A stretch of DNA of 63,917 bases, filler included, from Craspedostauros australis (Eukaryota), in the NCBI GenBank assembly GCA_030167865.1. It is 12 parts of 12 records of this genome, joined end to end, with 100 filler letters (N's around TTAATTAATTAA, not from the genome) between each part and the next. Parts side by side here need not be neighbours in the genome. Positions count along the whole stretch, not along the records: positions 19,975 to 26,108 come from JALAGF010004015.1; positions 26,209 to 29,486 come from JALAGF010004016.1; positions 29,587 to 33,531 come from JALAGF010004017.1; positions 33,632 to 36,889 come from JALAGF010004018.1; 8 more parts are not named here. The stretch is one strand, 5' to 3'. A program made the translations under genes and the position numbers. The stretch's first letter is position 1. Each line of letters starts with the position of its first letter. Below, one piece after another: positions 24,159-36,442 of the stretch. The notes below the pieces were generated by a model. The model did not search any database and was not told the DNA's origin. It worked only from the letters and a program-made list of their open reading frames with translations.

Positions 24159-26108
24159 ATGGTGGTCAACTTCGATCGGTCGACGCAGGCCAAGTTCTGG
24201 ATCTTTCAATCTCAATCATCTTTGGATGAATGTCGTCAGATGGCCGTTTCTCAGCATCAGCATCAGCAAGAAGCACAGCCAGAGCCACAGTCGCAGCCGC
24301 AGTCTCCAGCATCTTGCAATGCGACTAACAAGAGACGCCGTCATCAGCCACAAATGAGCCAGGCCACCAAGCCAAAGGCACAACACTTCGCTTCTGGCTT
24401 CTCCGCCAAGTCATCATCACTGCCATCATCTCCATCTCCATCAATCTCTGCCAATGTGGATTCCAGTTCCAGTTTCTCAGCCAACGATCAGGAATCCTTG
24501 GTTCAGTTCCATGCGCATCAGATCCAGCAGCTCGTTGGACCCAAGGCCATCCTTCCTGAACTGCGACGCAGCACATCCACCGTCTCCACAGCCATCATGA
24601 TCTTCCGACGCTTCTTCCTTTCCAACTCGGTCATTGACTTCCACCCTCGCAACGTTGCTGCTGCTAGCGCATTGCTCGCTGTCAAGGTCGACTGCGACGC
24701 TCGGTTGAATGTGAGTTCAAACAACCCCCATTTTGAATGCAACCGTGTCATCTAAGGTCATCCATGAGTATGCCATCGAATGTCATCTCACACTCTCCAC
24801 CTCTTCTGCCATCTCCTGATGCCTCCATTCTCCATTCTTCACCACTCTACTTTATTCACGATTCTTTGTATGATTCCATGGTACAGATCGACGTCCTGTC
24901 CCATGCCACAACTGTCATCGAGCATAAGGCACGGCGATTGCCGCTTGTCCGACATGAGTTGCGTTCTGTTTCCGGTGGGGAAATCGAAGAAGCAGAACGC
25001 AACCTTCTATCTGGCTTGAACTACCAGCTGCGATGCCATCACCCGTACGGGGCCATCCGGGTGTTGTCTCAGGAGCTGGAGTCATTCGCTGCCACGACCA
25101 ACGCCATGAACACAATGAACACTGCGCAAATGGATGAGGCCACCAGAGTTGGAGCCAATGCAAGAGCTCACTCGCCTCGATCAGTGTGCCACTACGTTGA
25201 TGAACAATGCATCTCGCAGAACCAAAACATGACACCACCACTGCTGTCGGCATCTGTATCAACGGCGTCATTCTCAGCCACACCATCGACATCGAAATCT
25301 ACTTCGTCTACTGCTGCTGCTACATCAACCTCCAGCATCAGCCAACGCGCACTCGCCATCGCGCAGAATGCTCTTGCCTACTCCGATGTCCACTTTCTGC
25401 ACGCACCAGGAAAGATCGCGGTCGCTGCTGTTGCCATCGCCCTCGAGGGTGGCCACACCGATGCCAGCAACACTTCCAGCATCAGTATGAAGAGCAGCGT
25501 CGGCCCCATGATGCACAACTACCTGAAGCAGCGCTTCCATAGCAAGACCGACGAGCAGCTGATGAAGTTCGAGATGGAGATCGCCAGCATCATCGATGCA
25601 TTGCACACCAGTCCTTCGATGAATATCGAGAAGTACTATCCATCCAGCGACAGATGCAACGCCATGTCACGTGAGCAAGCTGAGAAGTTGCGAAGTTCCT
25701 TCGCCGCAGCATCGAGCATCCGTCACGAGAAGCACTGTCAGATGTTGGCCAACTACTACAACAGCTGCAACAACAACAACTGCGATTGCAATGGCGACTA
25801 TGACAGCGGATGTGGGTACGTGAGCGATGATCTGTACGACAGCAGTGGACAACACGAGTACTACCGTGCTCATGACGTTTCCAACAAACGCCATCGGCGC
25901 AGTGAAGCTCAATGGGGCCTTGTCCACACAGATAGTCACCACTACGAGTATGATCGCGACCAACGTCATCACCACCACCACTTCCACTATCACCATCACT
26001 ATTCGCAGCATCAGCATCAACATCATGGTGGTTACGCGAACCAGACTGCTGCGTACGACAGTCGAATGGATGGGATGGACTCGGCAGTCCGTGTGACACC
26101 AACCAACG
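24159..26108 (+). CDS. Cyclin-H-like (transcriptional-type) cyclin with His-rich tail; intron 24711-24886; 3' partial
   Basis: N-terminus FDRSTQAKFWIF is like cyclin H. Cyclin box STAIMIFRRFFLSNSVIDFHPRNVAAASALLAVKVD, then E..LLSGLNYQLRCHHPY and SDVHFLHAPGKIAVAA. The GTGAGT..CAG intron is in frame. Confidence 0.85.
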
Positions 26109-26208
26109 NNNNNNNNNNNNNNNNNNNNNNNNNNNNNNNNNNNNNNNNNNNNTTAATTAATTAANNNNNNNNNNNNNNNNNNNNNNNNNNNNNNNNNNNN
26201 NNNNNNNN
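26109..26208. other. Artificial contig linker
   Basis: 44 N + TTAATTAATTAA + 44 N. Confidence 0.98.
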
Positions 26209-27393
26209 ACGATGCTGACAATCCTGTCGTGGTGCATGTACATTGTGGAATGGCAGGCAGCTGTGCAGTGTACCTGTACAACTACAGCAAGGAAGATCCA
26301 CCACCAGAACCAACCACAACGAACTGCCTTCGTTTGGAGTCTGGTGATATTGTGGCCGATCTGGCAGCCATGACCGTGCAGCACAGTGACATGTCGTTGT
26401 ACAACGACAAACGATCCAAGTTGGGTGACGATCCCTTGCGTGCTGATGCCGATCCAGAAGCGCTGTGGCAGCGAATCCCGAGATCCAAGAAGTCCATCGG
26501 TGGATTGCTGATGGATCAGAGCTAGTTTGCTGGTTCTGGGAACATCTACCATGCGGAGATCTTGTTCAAGGCGGGCGTGCATCCTGACGTGCTGGGCAGG
26601 GCACTGGAGCGCTCCCAATGCAACCGGGTGTGGGCACACACCGTCGCATTGCTACGACGTGGAGTCGAGACAGGGTTCCATCCTGACGGTGGATCCTTCT
26701 GAAGCCAAGGCATTGGGCAGGCCGAGACTGCGACGGTACATCTACAAGATCTCCAGATGTCCCCGCTGTTCCACTCATATCCAGACCTGGCAGATCGCGA
26801 ATCGCAGGTGTTACGCTTGTCCCAGATGTCAACCGGTGCATGACAGCGACCGGAAGAGCACAGTGATCACCAATGCAGCGAAGTCAACGAAGATAACGAA
26901 GACAACACAGACAGCGAGAGTAGCGAAGGTAGCGAAGACAGTCGCAATATCTCGCACCAAATCCCGTACCGCATCCCGCACCACGTCGCACGCCAACACA
27001 GAGAAAGAGAATTGCGTTCCATTCAATTCGCACTGTGCACCTGAATCAGTGGCGGAACGATTGCAGGCCGACGGGCCTGGAAGGCTCACCATTCGTGAAA
27101 TCAGGAGCGAGTTACATCGTCGAAGCCAGACGATTCTCACAAACTCGAAGAAGGCAGTGCTGGTGAAGCAGCTGGAGCACGTCCTATCGCAGGACGCCGT
27201 GATGATATCGGCGGAAGATGATGCGATGGAGAAGGCCATGGTAGGGGAGAGTTTGGCGGTGGAACAACTTGCGGAACTGGGACCATCGCAGGCCCGCAAG
27301 GTCAGGCAACGGGCGGCAGAGTCAGCGATAGCGATAGCGATCAAGAGAGAACCAATCACTGTCGAGTCGTCCACAGATTCGGAAGACGATTGA
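26209..27393 (+). pseudogene. Second copy of the Fpg/Nei-SAP pseudogene
   Basis: Appears identical to 19975-20861 over 887 bp, with the same TAG (26523-26525) and the same frameshift, then diverges. It lacks the TGA seen at 21046. Confidence 0.88.
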
Positions 27394-27938
27394 TGACGCT
27401 GCGGATACTCGTACGTATGATTCATGCTCAACTGTGGAGAATGAGGGTGGTATTACAAAATTAGAGGAGGAATTGGCACAGAGAGAGAGAGAGAGACTCC
27501 ATTCACTTCGAAGACGCGAAAGCTGCATCGATCGAGTGCTCGATAACGACAAGCGATGAGAGCTGTTCTGGAGTAGATAGAGCTGCACCAGCGCCGGTGG
27601 TGGACGGATGGACGTGATCGTGTCGATGAGGGTGTAGCAGATTCAACATGATATGAACATGCCTCTGTGTTCATGCTTCATCGTCGATGTTTTTGCCTTC
27701 GCTCACTCTTGCTATTCCTCTAGATGTGGCTTTACCATGCTATCCTTGTGAGTGGTCATCACGCAACGCAGAGTACGAGTATAGTAGTCGGATCCTTCCA
27801 AAAACGACCAACGCGGATCACTACTACTCGTACGACGTGTGGCCACCTTCCCCGTCACCTTTGCCGCCATCTATAGAGCTTGCGCAAATATAATAGATTG
27901 GTTGATTCGTACGAGTGGAGTATGGTGTAGTTACACTC

Positions 27939-29458
27939 CTAGTTCTTCCATGATGTTCCCTCCTTGGTGCATGCCACAATCACATCACCGATCAAAATCA
28001 TGGCCTCCGCAGCCTTGGCACGCGCAACGATGGAATCCACAACGGTGGGCAAAGGCGTGTTCTTGAATGATGTCGACGACGATGACGATGACGACGATGG
28101 TGACAGCGACGAGGTGACCCATCCATTGAGCTGCTCAAAGTTCATGTAGTAGCCTTCGCCCGACAGCACCTTGCGACATGCTTCCTGAATGATTTCATCC
28201 ATCTCTATCTTGGTGACCTTCCACAAGGCCTCTATCTGCAACACGAACAGCAATGCTTGCCGGGCCTCGAACTGTCTCAGGAAGAGGAGGTCTTCCTCGT
28301 CATAGTTGCTGACGGCGTTTCCATCTGAGTCATCAAACATCGTGGTGTGATGGTCCAACAGGTGCCAATTTCCTTCCAAATCCGTATCGAAATCACTGAC
28401 ATCGTTGTCGTTGTCGTTCTCATTGTTATTGTCGATGTCACCATCCAAGTAAGCCTTCCCCTCGTCGCCCCGTTCCAACTGTTCCTTTCGCTGTCGACGC
28501 TGCTTGCGTTGACGTTGCTGTTCCTTCCACAGTTCTTCTCGCAATCCCCACACTTTCTCCATCACCACGGCACGCCCACTGACGTACGTCGCCTCGGCGA
28601 CATGCTTCATCTTGCGCCAGCTATTGCGCAGCGGATTGCCATTCGAGGACAGGTAAGATTGGCCTGCGTGACGGTACGCACGTCCGATGCATCGCATGAC
28701 CTGCGCGCCATCGGCAGATGCTTCAAGACATCGCATTCCACAGCCACCTGATGCATGAAGATGTACCGTTCCACGGTACCCTCAATGTACGGTCGGAGAC
28801 GTTCCGACAGGCGTGCTGTAATGTACCGAATACGCTCGTCGCGGTCGGCCCTGCAGCAAGCTTTGGCATTCGCGCCAGGGTCGTGGTAGCGGCGGTGGTA
28901 GTTGTCAAAGTGCTGGTCAGGTGTCTGGAACTTAGTGTTGCGATAGTCGGTTTTGGGTGACATGTTGTACCCGATCCATTCCAGTAGCTCCCGCTGTCGT
29001 GGATTCAACGACGCTGGTGACGCGACCATGCTCTCATCGGGTCCCACCATGAGCATGATGGCCATCGCCATGTCCGTGATTCCGTATTGATGATACATCA
29101 ATCGTGCCGCATCGTCCTTCAAGACTTCGTAGGCCTTCTGCACATCTTCCAACTTCTGTTGAGCATACTCGTATGCGCTGCCTGTGTCGTTCTTCTGCGT
29201 TGATCGGATCTTGTCGGGATGATACTTGCGAGACATCATGCGGTACTGCTTCGTGATCTCGGCTGTCGTTGCGTTGGAGCGCACCTGCAGAACATCATAC
29301 AGAGTGGTGTCGTGCGGTGGTTGGGAGATGTGCTTGCGATGCATCTTGAGCAAGATCGAGGACACGTCGGGTGCCTTAGCGGCAGCCATGGTGATGGCCA
29401 TGCTCAGCGCGATGCACAATGCAATCCATCCCGTCTCCATCATGGTGGTCGTTCTCAT
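27939..29458 (-). CDS. DnaJ protein with signal peptide, J-domain and DnaJ-X-like domain; 1-bp frameshift near 28708
   Basis: Hydrophobic N-terminus, then LYDVLQV..ATTAEITKQYR.MSRKYHPDK..AYEVLKD. Adding one G (ATGGC to ATGGGC) joins ECDVLKHLPM-GAQVMRCIGRAY..EALWKVTKIEMDEIIQEACRKVL..RAKAAEAMILIG. Confidence 0.8.
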
Positions 29459-29486
29459 CTGAGCAAAGCTGCGACTAATCCTGGTA

Positions 29487-29586
29487 NNNNNNNNNNNNNN
29501 NNNNNNNNNNNNNNNNNNNNNNNNNNNNNNTTAATTAATTAANNNNNNNNNNNNNNNNNNNNNNNNNNNNNNNNNNNNNNNNNNNN
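29487..29586. other. Artificial contig linker
   Basis: 44 N + TTAATTAATTAA + 44 N. Confidence 0.98.
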
Positions 29587-30500
29587 CGAATGGTGAGCCT
29601 TCCAGGCCCGTCGGCCTGCAATCGTTCCGCCACTGATTCAGGTGCACAGTGCGAATTGAATGGAACGCAATTCTCTTTCTCTGTGTTGGCGTGCGACGTG
29701 GTGCGGGATGCGGTACGGGATTTGGTGCGAGATATTGCGACTGTCTTCGCTACCTTCGCTACTCTCGCTGTCTGTGTTGTCTTCGTTATCTTCGTTGACT
29801 TCGCTGCATTGGTGATCACTGTGCTCTTCCGGTCGCTGTCATGCACCGGTTGACATCTGGGACAAGCGTAACACCTGCGATTCGCGATCTGCCAGGTCTG
29901 GATATGAGTGGAACAGCGGGGACATCTGGAGATCTTGTAGATGTACCGTCGCAGTCTCGGCCTGCCCAATGCCTTGGCTTCAGAAGGATCCACCGTCAGG
30001 ATGGAACCCTGTCTCGACTCCACGTCGTAGCAATGCGACGGTGTGTGCCCACACCCGGTTGCATTGGGAGCGCTCCAGTGCCCTGCCCAGCACGTCAGGA
30101 TGCACGCCCGCCTTGAACAAGATCTCCGCATGGTAGATGTTCCCAGAACCAGCAAACTAGCTCTGATCCATCAGCAATCCACCGATGGACTTCTTGGATC
30201 TCGGGATTCGCTGCCACAGCGCTTCTGGATCGGCATCAGCACGCAAGGGATCGTCACCCAACTTGGATCGTTTGTCGTTGTACAACGACATGTCACTGTG
30301 CTGCACGGTCATGGCTGCCAGATCGGCCACAATATCACCAGACTCCAAACGAAGGCAGTTCGTTGTGGTTGGTTCTGGTGGTGGATCTTCCTTGCTGTAG
30401 TTGTACAGGTACACTGCACAGCTGCCTGCCATTCCACAATGTACATGCACCACGACAGGATTGTCAGCATCGTCAGCATCGTGTCGGAGAATGCGGAGAG
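29587..30500 (-). pseudogene. Third appearance of the Fpg/Nei pseudogene segment, with its 5' flank
   Basis: 29587-30473 is the reverse complement of 19975-20861. Upstream there is only a short out-of-frame LSAFS remnant; no N-terminal catalytic (P/V)E region is seen. Confidence 0.85.
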
Positions 30501-31518
30501 GATCCTGGGATCATGTGATGTGTGCCCATGCGAATCAACTCAATTTGATATTCAATTGCAGCACTCCCGGAACCCCACGACGTCAAGGCCAGACATGGTT
30601 GATCTCATTCCGCTTGGTAACATAGGGCATAGCGATATTTTGTCTTGAACGAATACGTTAATTGTGTCCAACCGGTACTCATTGAAGTGGAATCTGCGTG
30701 TGTGGTTGCCATCGTGTCCACCCATTTGGTTGTCGAATGAGGTGGTTCCTCGTGATGCATCCAAAAGTCATCTCAAAGTCCAGAACTTTGGGGAGAGAGA
30801 GGGAGAGAGACAGCACTCAACGCCTGAGCGAAGCACCATACCTCACACGAAACATGTGCAAATCGACCAGCGCTTCCGCTGCGCCGTGTTTTGTCAACCA
30901 ACGTGAGCTGGTCTGGCATCGCTCTCGCTGTCTGTCTTCTATTTCTCTGTTTGGAGTGTTGATGGAGGGGTTTGACCGGTTATTTCGGAATTGCCGCGCG
31001 CCTCGAAGGGGCTGGGATGTTGCCGCATCCATTTCCTCGCTTCCGTTGTTTCGGCACCTCACTTGTACTCTTCGAGCCCGGTATCTTGGAACTGAAAGCA
31101 TGGGATTCCATTCGCCGAGACCTTCGTCCTCGGGCATGGGAAGATGCCGATGTGTCAAATGCCAACTGCTGTGTGAAGGAACAAAGTCATCATCAACAGT
31201 TGGCTAGCCGGTGAGAGTCGAACCCACGACACCGACAATGGATCCACACGGTTGCCGAACAACGGAGAGAGCGTGCCATGTCACCACAATGGTGTTAACC
31301 ATTCCCACGTTTGCATTTCTCCGAGCCAGGCTCATTGAATCTTTGTCGAAACAACGCATTGCACAAAAACACCCATCTACGCACATGGCGATGAGTCTTG
31401 AGGTTGGTCTTGGTCTTGCTCTCGGTTGTGCTCCTCATCACGTCCACGCTCACGCAAGCTCTCTATTCGGGGGTTTCGCATTCCGCTCAGCCAGCCCCAA
31501 GCAGTCCCACGAGTGATT

Positions 31519-31705
31519 CATAACCTGATAGAGACACTTTTTGAGGGGTGGGATGCGGACTTCCCCCTCAGCGTGCTGAATCGAGCGGAGGAGATTCCAG
31601 TCCGCGTGCTCCGAACTGAAGTGTTCTCAGCTCGTGCAGTCCCGGCAATAGTATCACTTCCACGCGTAAGCAAAAAGCAGCCAATCATGATGCTTTATTT
31701 CGACA
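31519..31705 (-). mobile_element. Possible copia-type LTR (TG...CA, 180 bp) followed by a PBS-like GGTTATG
   Basis: The minus strand reads TGTCG (31705) ... CTCTATCA (31526), followed immediately by GGTTATGA. No second LTR or gag/pol is seen. Confidence 0.25.
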
Positions 31706-32857
31706 GTTTTGGTCGTTCTTGTCGTTCTCAATGATCTATGTTTGTGACAATGCTACTCCATATGGACCCAATTCCGGACAACAACATCCAAGAGAACAAC
31801 AATGGCACACCCATTTCGTCAGACTTTCATCTCTTCCTATTTGCTGGCTATCATATATTCAATCTCAGAACAGCCATGGCCAACACAGCATGTCGTCAAA
31901 CCGGAACTGAATTGAACTTGTCTAAAATAGATATCTTTGTCATGGAATGAGTTAATACAGGTCACATTAATCAAAGAGGGATTGTGTCACGAAACAGTCC
32001 TGTGCAGTTTCACAACTCGAGACTCAATGCGAACTGTGACATGACACAGGGGCAGAGCGAGCTGGACGCTGTCGTTGATGCAACAACGAAACCACAACGG
32101 CCATCGCATTTTTCTTCTCTTTGTCTCTCACTGCGTGCGCGTGTGGATTTGCGTCTGCGTCTGCGAAAATCACTTTCTTGCCTTCGACAGCATCCACACA
32201 GCATCTCTCATAAAAAACAATCGACGAACAGATCGTACTCCGAAGCACAGTATCACCACACAGCAATCGACAAGCATTGCCAGGTGATCGCAACCCTCTC
32301 TCCGGCCAAAGCCAGATACAAACCAAAGGTACGTTCCGGGCATCGATCAATTGTAGATGGAGGTTTGCAGGATGAATGAATGTCTGCATGGCGAGGAGGC
32401 AATGTCAGGAGGATTCGTTCGCAGCACTCGTCCTACCCGACACAGCGTGCTGCCCCAAAGAGATGCACACATCGGGAGCATCAGCATCACCGACAGCATC
32501 TAGGGAGGACGCTCCTACCGAATCAGCTGCCATCGTCATGGGAGGCGTGCTGTGTAACGGCTCCACGCGTCCCCACGCTTGTCATTCCGACCATATGCTT
32601 GCTTTGTGTGTTGGTGGCATATTGTGTCATCGCCTCCAACTCCGCTCGACTCGGGTCTGCCCAATACACTGCTGCCACGTTCCGCTGCTCTGCCCAACTC
32701 AACTCAATCCCACACCTCTTGTATCCCACCGGTACGAGTACGTATGCTTCCGCACTCCACGTTTCTCTACTCCTCGCTGCGCTGCTCTATCCGTGTCCAA
32801 CACGAAAATGAATCGCAGCACACAATCCAAGCAACCGACAAGCAGCAAATAGCAACT

Positions 32858-33531
32858 ATGATCCGCATGATCAACATGAAGGCAGCCATCGTGGCTGTTC
32901 TCTTCCTCTCCAACATGGCGTTGACTCACGCCGTGCTCCGTGGCAACCGGACCCCCGTGGATCCAACCAAGGAACTCCGCACGGCTATGAACAGGATCCG
33001 CGCCCTCAAAATTGGTGTCGACGGAGACACGAAGGGGACGAAACAAAACAAGGCCGAACGAGAGCCTCCCACAGACAACCCGGATACTCCCGAGACCTCT
33101 GCGCCAACCGCGTTGCCAACTGTCTCGCCGACTGCCTCGCCGACGCATGAACCAACAGGACCGCCGACGGGCCCTCCAGCTGAGATGCCCTCAATGTCGC
33201 CTACCACTCAACCAGCGTCTGACCCAGACTCCTTCGATGCCATCATCGAAGTCGCTTGTAAGCCGGACGGTGACACCGCCCTCACTTTTGCCGAATCCAG
33301 CTCCAAGACCATCATCTGCGATGCCACCAACCCATCGTGCCGCGAGGCGGTGACCGCTGTCAAGGAATCCGCAGAGCTGCAGAACTTCTTCGGTTGCGCT
33401 GGAGATCTCGGAGAAGGAGCCGCGCGCAAGCTCTTCAACAAGTACGCAACGGACGCCGTGCTCGCTGAGCAACTCACGATGATCGCTGCCACCAACGCGA
33501 TCCTCGTCACCGAACGTCCGGATGCCATGAA
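32858..33531 (+). CDS. Secreted protein: signal peptide, RXL motif, P/T/S stalk, Cys-containing cap domain; 3' partial
   Basis: MKAAIVAVLFLSNMALTHA-VLRG, then RIRALK and PTALPTVSPTASPT, then a ~100-aa domain clearly homologous to 55184-55483. Confidence 0.85.
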
Positions 33532-33631
33532 NNNNNNNNNNNNNNNNNNNNNNNNNNNNNNNNNNNNNNNNNNNNTTAATTAATTAANNNNNNNNNNNNN
33601 NNNNNNNNNNNNNNNNNNNNNNNNNNNNNNN
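33532..33631. other. Artificial contig linker
   Basis: 44 N + TTAATTAATTAA + 44 N. Confidence 0.98.
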
Positions 33632-33754
33632 CTCGGGAAAAGCCTTCCCAAACACACCGCGCTGTTGGAAGAAGGAGTTGGCAAAGCGGAAGAAAATTGC
33701 GTGTGTTAGTCCGTGTGCTTTTGTCACCCGTCGAGTCGTGGGTGATCGTGAAAG

Positions 33755-35042
33755 TCATCGAGTCATTGTGCTTTTACTTACCTCAACTCTTCCTGCCTTT
33801 TCAAAAGTAGATGGCGCATGACATGTCCCAGTACCGATGCTGGAGTCATCGCAACGGGAGGGCAGACATGTATGGCGCGTGTTGATGTCAACACGGAATT
33901 GGGGCTTAGTCGCCCCAACCCGCGACAAGCCAGCGAACACGGGGCGTTTATGTGGAGAACGAGCTTTGGGAACGGTAGAAACGATTGGATGAGAACTGTT
34001 TTGCTCAACAACGCGGACAATCAGCACAGGTGCCCTCACCACCGCTTCTTTGTCGTTCGTTGGAACTTCAAGTTCAACGTAGTTAATTCCGTTGAGAACG
34101 CGATCGTCAGCGCGTTCCCATCGATTTGTCACAGCGAACGGCAAATCGACAATCTGTGTGCGAACTGGTGCTCCATCGCGCTGCTTCATACGCGACAATG
34201 ACTTGGTGACCGCATCCGCACGTGCCTTTTCGTCGTCAATAAGCTCCACCCAAACACTGTTCGCAATCGTGAACTCATCACGCAAATGGTCGTGCACACG
34301 TTCGATGTTGCCGAGAGCAGCGTTTTGTGTTACTTCAAGCACGACAGACATGCCCCCAGGCGCAACATGCACACGAAGGTCTTTGTGGCAAGTGCCACCG
34401 GTGAGTTCGAAGGTGAGGTCGATGATACGCTCGCCATTCTTGTTGCGGTAGAAGGCGCGAGTGACTGGAAGTTCGTGTTGGTTGTTTGCGTCGAGCCACT
34501 TCATGACATCGGCGTCAGTGGTGGCGACTGGTGGTGAAGGAGCGCATTTCATGGTGGTGGTGTTTGTTTGTTGCGGTGGCGGTGGTGGCTTCGTTGGTGT
34601 GTTGTTGTTGTTGTTGTTGTTGTTGTCCAGCTTTGACAGGTCGATGTCGCTCCGGATCATTCGAGAAGCTTCTCGAATCGATTTCGCGTTCGCGGCAAGC
34701 TCGGACACGGTGGGAGATTCGTTGGCGTCTTTCCTGACTGGAAAATTCCAATCACGAGTCGCAAATTATGAGTCACGTTTTATGAGTCAAGCATAAAGTA
34801 GTCGATCAAGTCATAATTGCACACGTAATTGATCCAAGGTACTTACTTTGTTCCTGTCTGACCTTCGCACGCAGATTCGCCAGATTTCGCGCAAATTCGG
34901 TTGGGATGAATTGGCGAGCGGCTTCAGAGTTTTTCCACACGTCGTTTGCAGTCCATTCGGGTGGTATGGCTCCGCTTCTGATTTGTTTTTTGAGGAGTTG
35001 GACTTGTGTGCTGCTGTACACCCAACGTTTCGGCTTGGCCAT
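33755..35042 (-). CDS. Two-exon gene (35042-34847, 34737-33755), probable transposon accessory protein
   Basis: A GTAAGT (34846) to TTTTCCAG (34738) intron joins MAKPKRWVYSSTQVQLLKKQIRSGAIPPEWTANDVW..FARNLANLR in frame to the 317-aa ORF (..QEQ-IRKDANESPTVSELAAN..). It lies divergent from a transposase. Confidence 0.6.
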
Positions 35043-36442
35043 GATCCTTTTTTGTGTGCTTACACTCTCCTTTCCACCACACACTCTTGTGGTGCATGTT
35101 GATGTGCATGCAGTCTCATGCGCATTTGCGATACAATCGAACGAGTTGTGTATTGGCCTGCCTGCCTGCCTGCGTGATAGTAGTGGTGGTAATAGTCGTG
35201 TTGGTATTCCCGCTTCGTTCTTCCAGAGGAACTAATAAAGTGCAATGTCTACGTAGCACATTACATGGCATGCACTTGTTCGGCGGCGTCCCACATAGAT
35301 GTTGGTGGGACACACAACACTATCGACGCAAGTGACAGCAACAGCTCCTCCCTGTACCATATTAAAAAGAAATCCCACTTCATTGTTGAAGGGATTATTC
35401 CTTCTTCCCAAAGAATTAAATTGTAATTCCACCCGGAATTACAATATAATTATTTTTTTTATTCTCAGCGTATTCTTCATGTCACCACGACGGCAGTGTG
35501 AGATATTTCCCTTTTTGGGTGGAATTGCTGGGGAGAGAGGGCCGGAATTACAAAATAAATTATTTTACAATACCGTTCGACCTCGTGGTATTTCCATGTT
35601 GGATGGGACGCAAGGGAAATCTTTCCACATCCCCACGTAGGACTGATGTAGCTTGACTACCTGATGAAGGTCACGAACTGCGCTGCATGCCAAAAAAGCT
35701 CCCCCACGAGAACGCACCTTCTCCGTTTCTTTTGGCGTTCCCGCGTCCCACTCAAGTCACGCACCCCGCTGCAGCGCGGGGCCGGAACCCAAATGCGCGG
35801 TCGTTTGATCGTCACGTGTTGATCAAGCAAGACAAGCAAGCAAGCCGACAGCATCGACTGTTGTAACGGAGCTGAGTGGAGCAGTCTACCATTGATACTG
35901 TATATGTCCTGCATTGCATTGAAGGACAACAGATGCCTAATGATAACCGCGACTTCACTATGTAGGCGCGCTTGTATGCTTGTATAGTTGGCACTCCATG
36001 CCACAATCATTCCACTATTGGCACGCGTACAGCAGACAGTCCAATGCATCGCGCGTTGCTCTAGTATGTCTACATCCGTGGCTGTTGCAAATTGCATTGT
36101 TGTAGCCACATGTAAGCCACACAGTAGAGACGGATTACATCAAGTGGGACATGACACACCATCCNATGCAATCGAAGTCATGGGAGGCTGAAGCACTACT
36201 TGTACAGAGCATGCCACACCGACATGCTACTAGTTGGCACGAACTGGAGGAGTTAATTTGTAGACTATGTGGTTGTCGCCAGCGTACGACGTTGGCAACA
36301 ACAAGATGGAGCCCAGGCACTTCCTCCACGACCAGTGGACTCGCTGTTGTCGCTGTCATCACACAAAACGCTGTCTTCGAACAACTCCGTGCCAAATTGT
36401 ACTCCACGTAGTCGAAGCAGCGCCAACACAAGACTTGCAGAC

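Noticed and set aside
29587..30473. A third independent genomic copy of the Fpg pseudogene
   Set aside because: The contig ends exactly where the other two copies diverge, so it most likely overlaps one of them and supplies its 5' flank.
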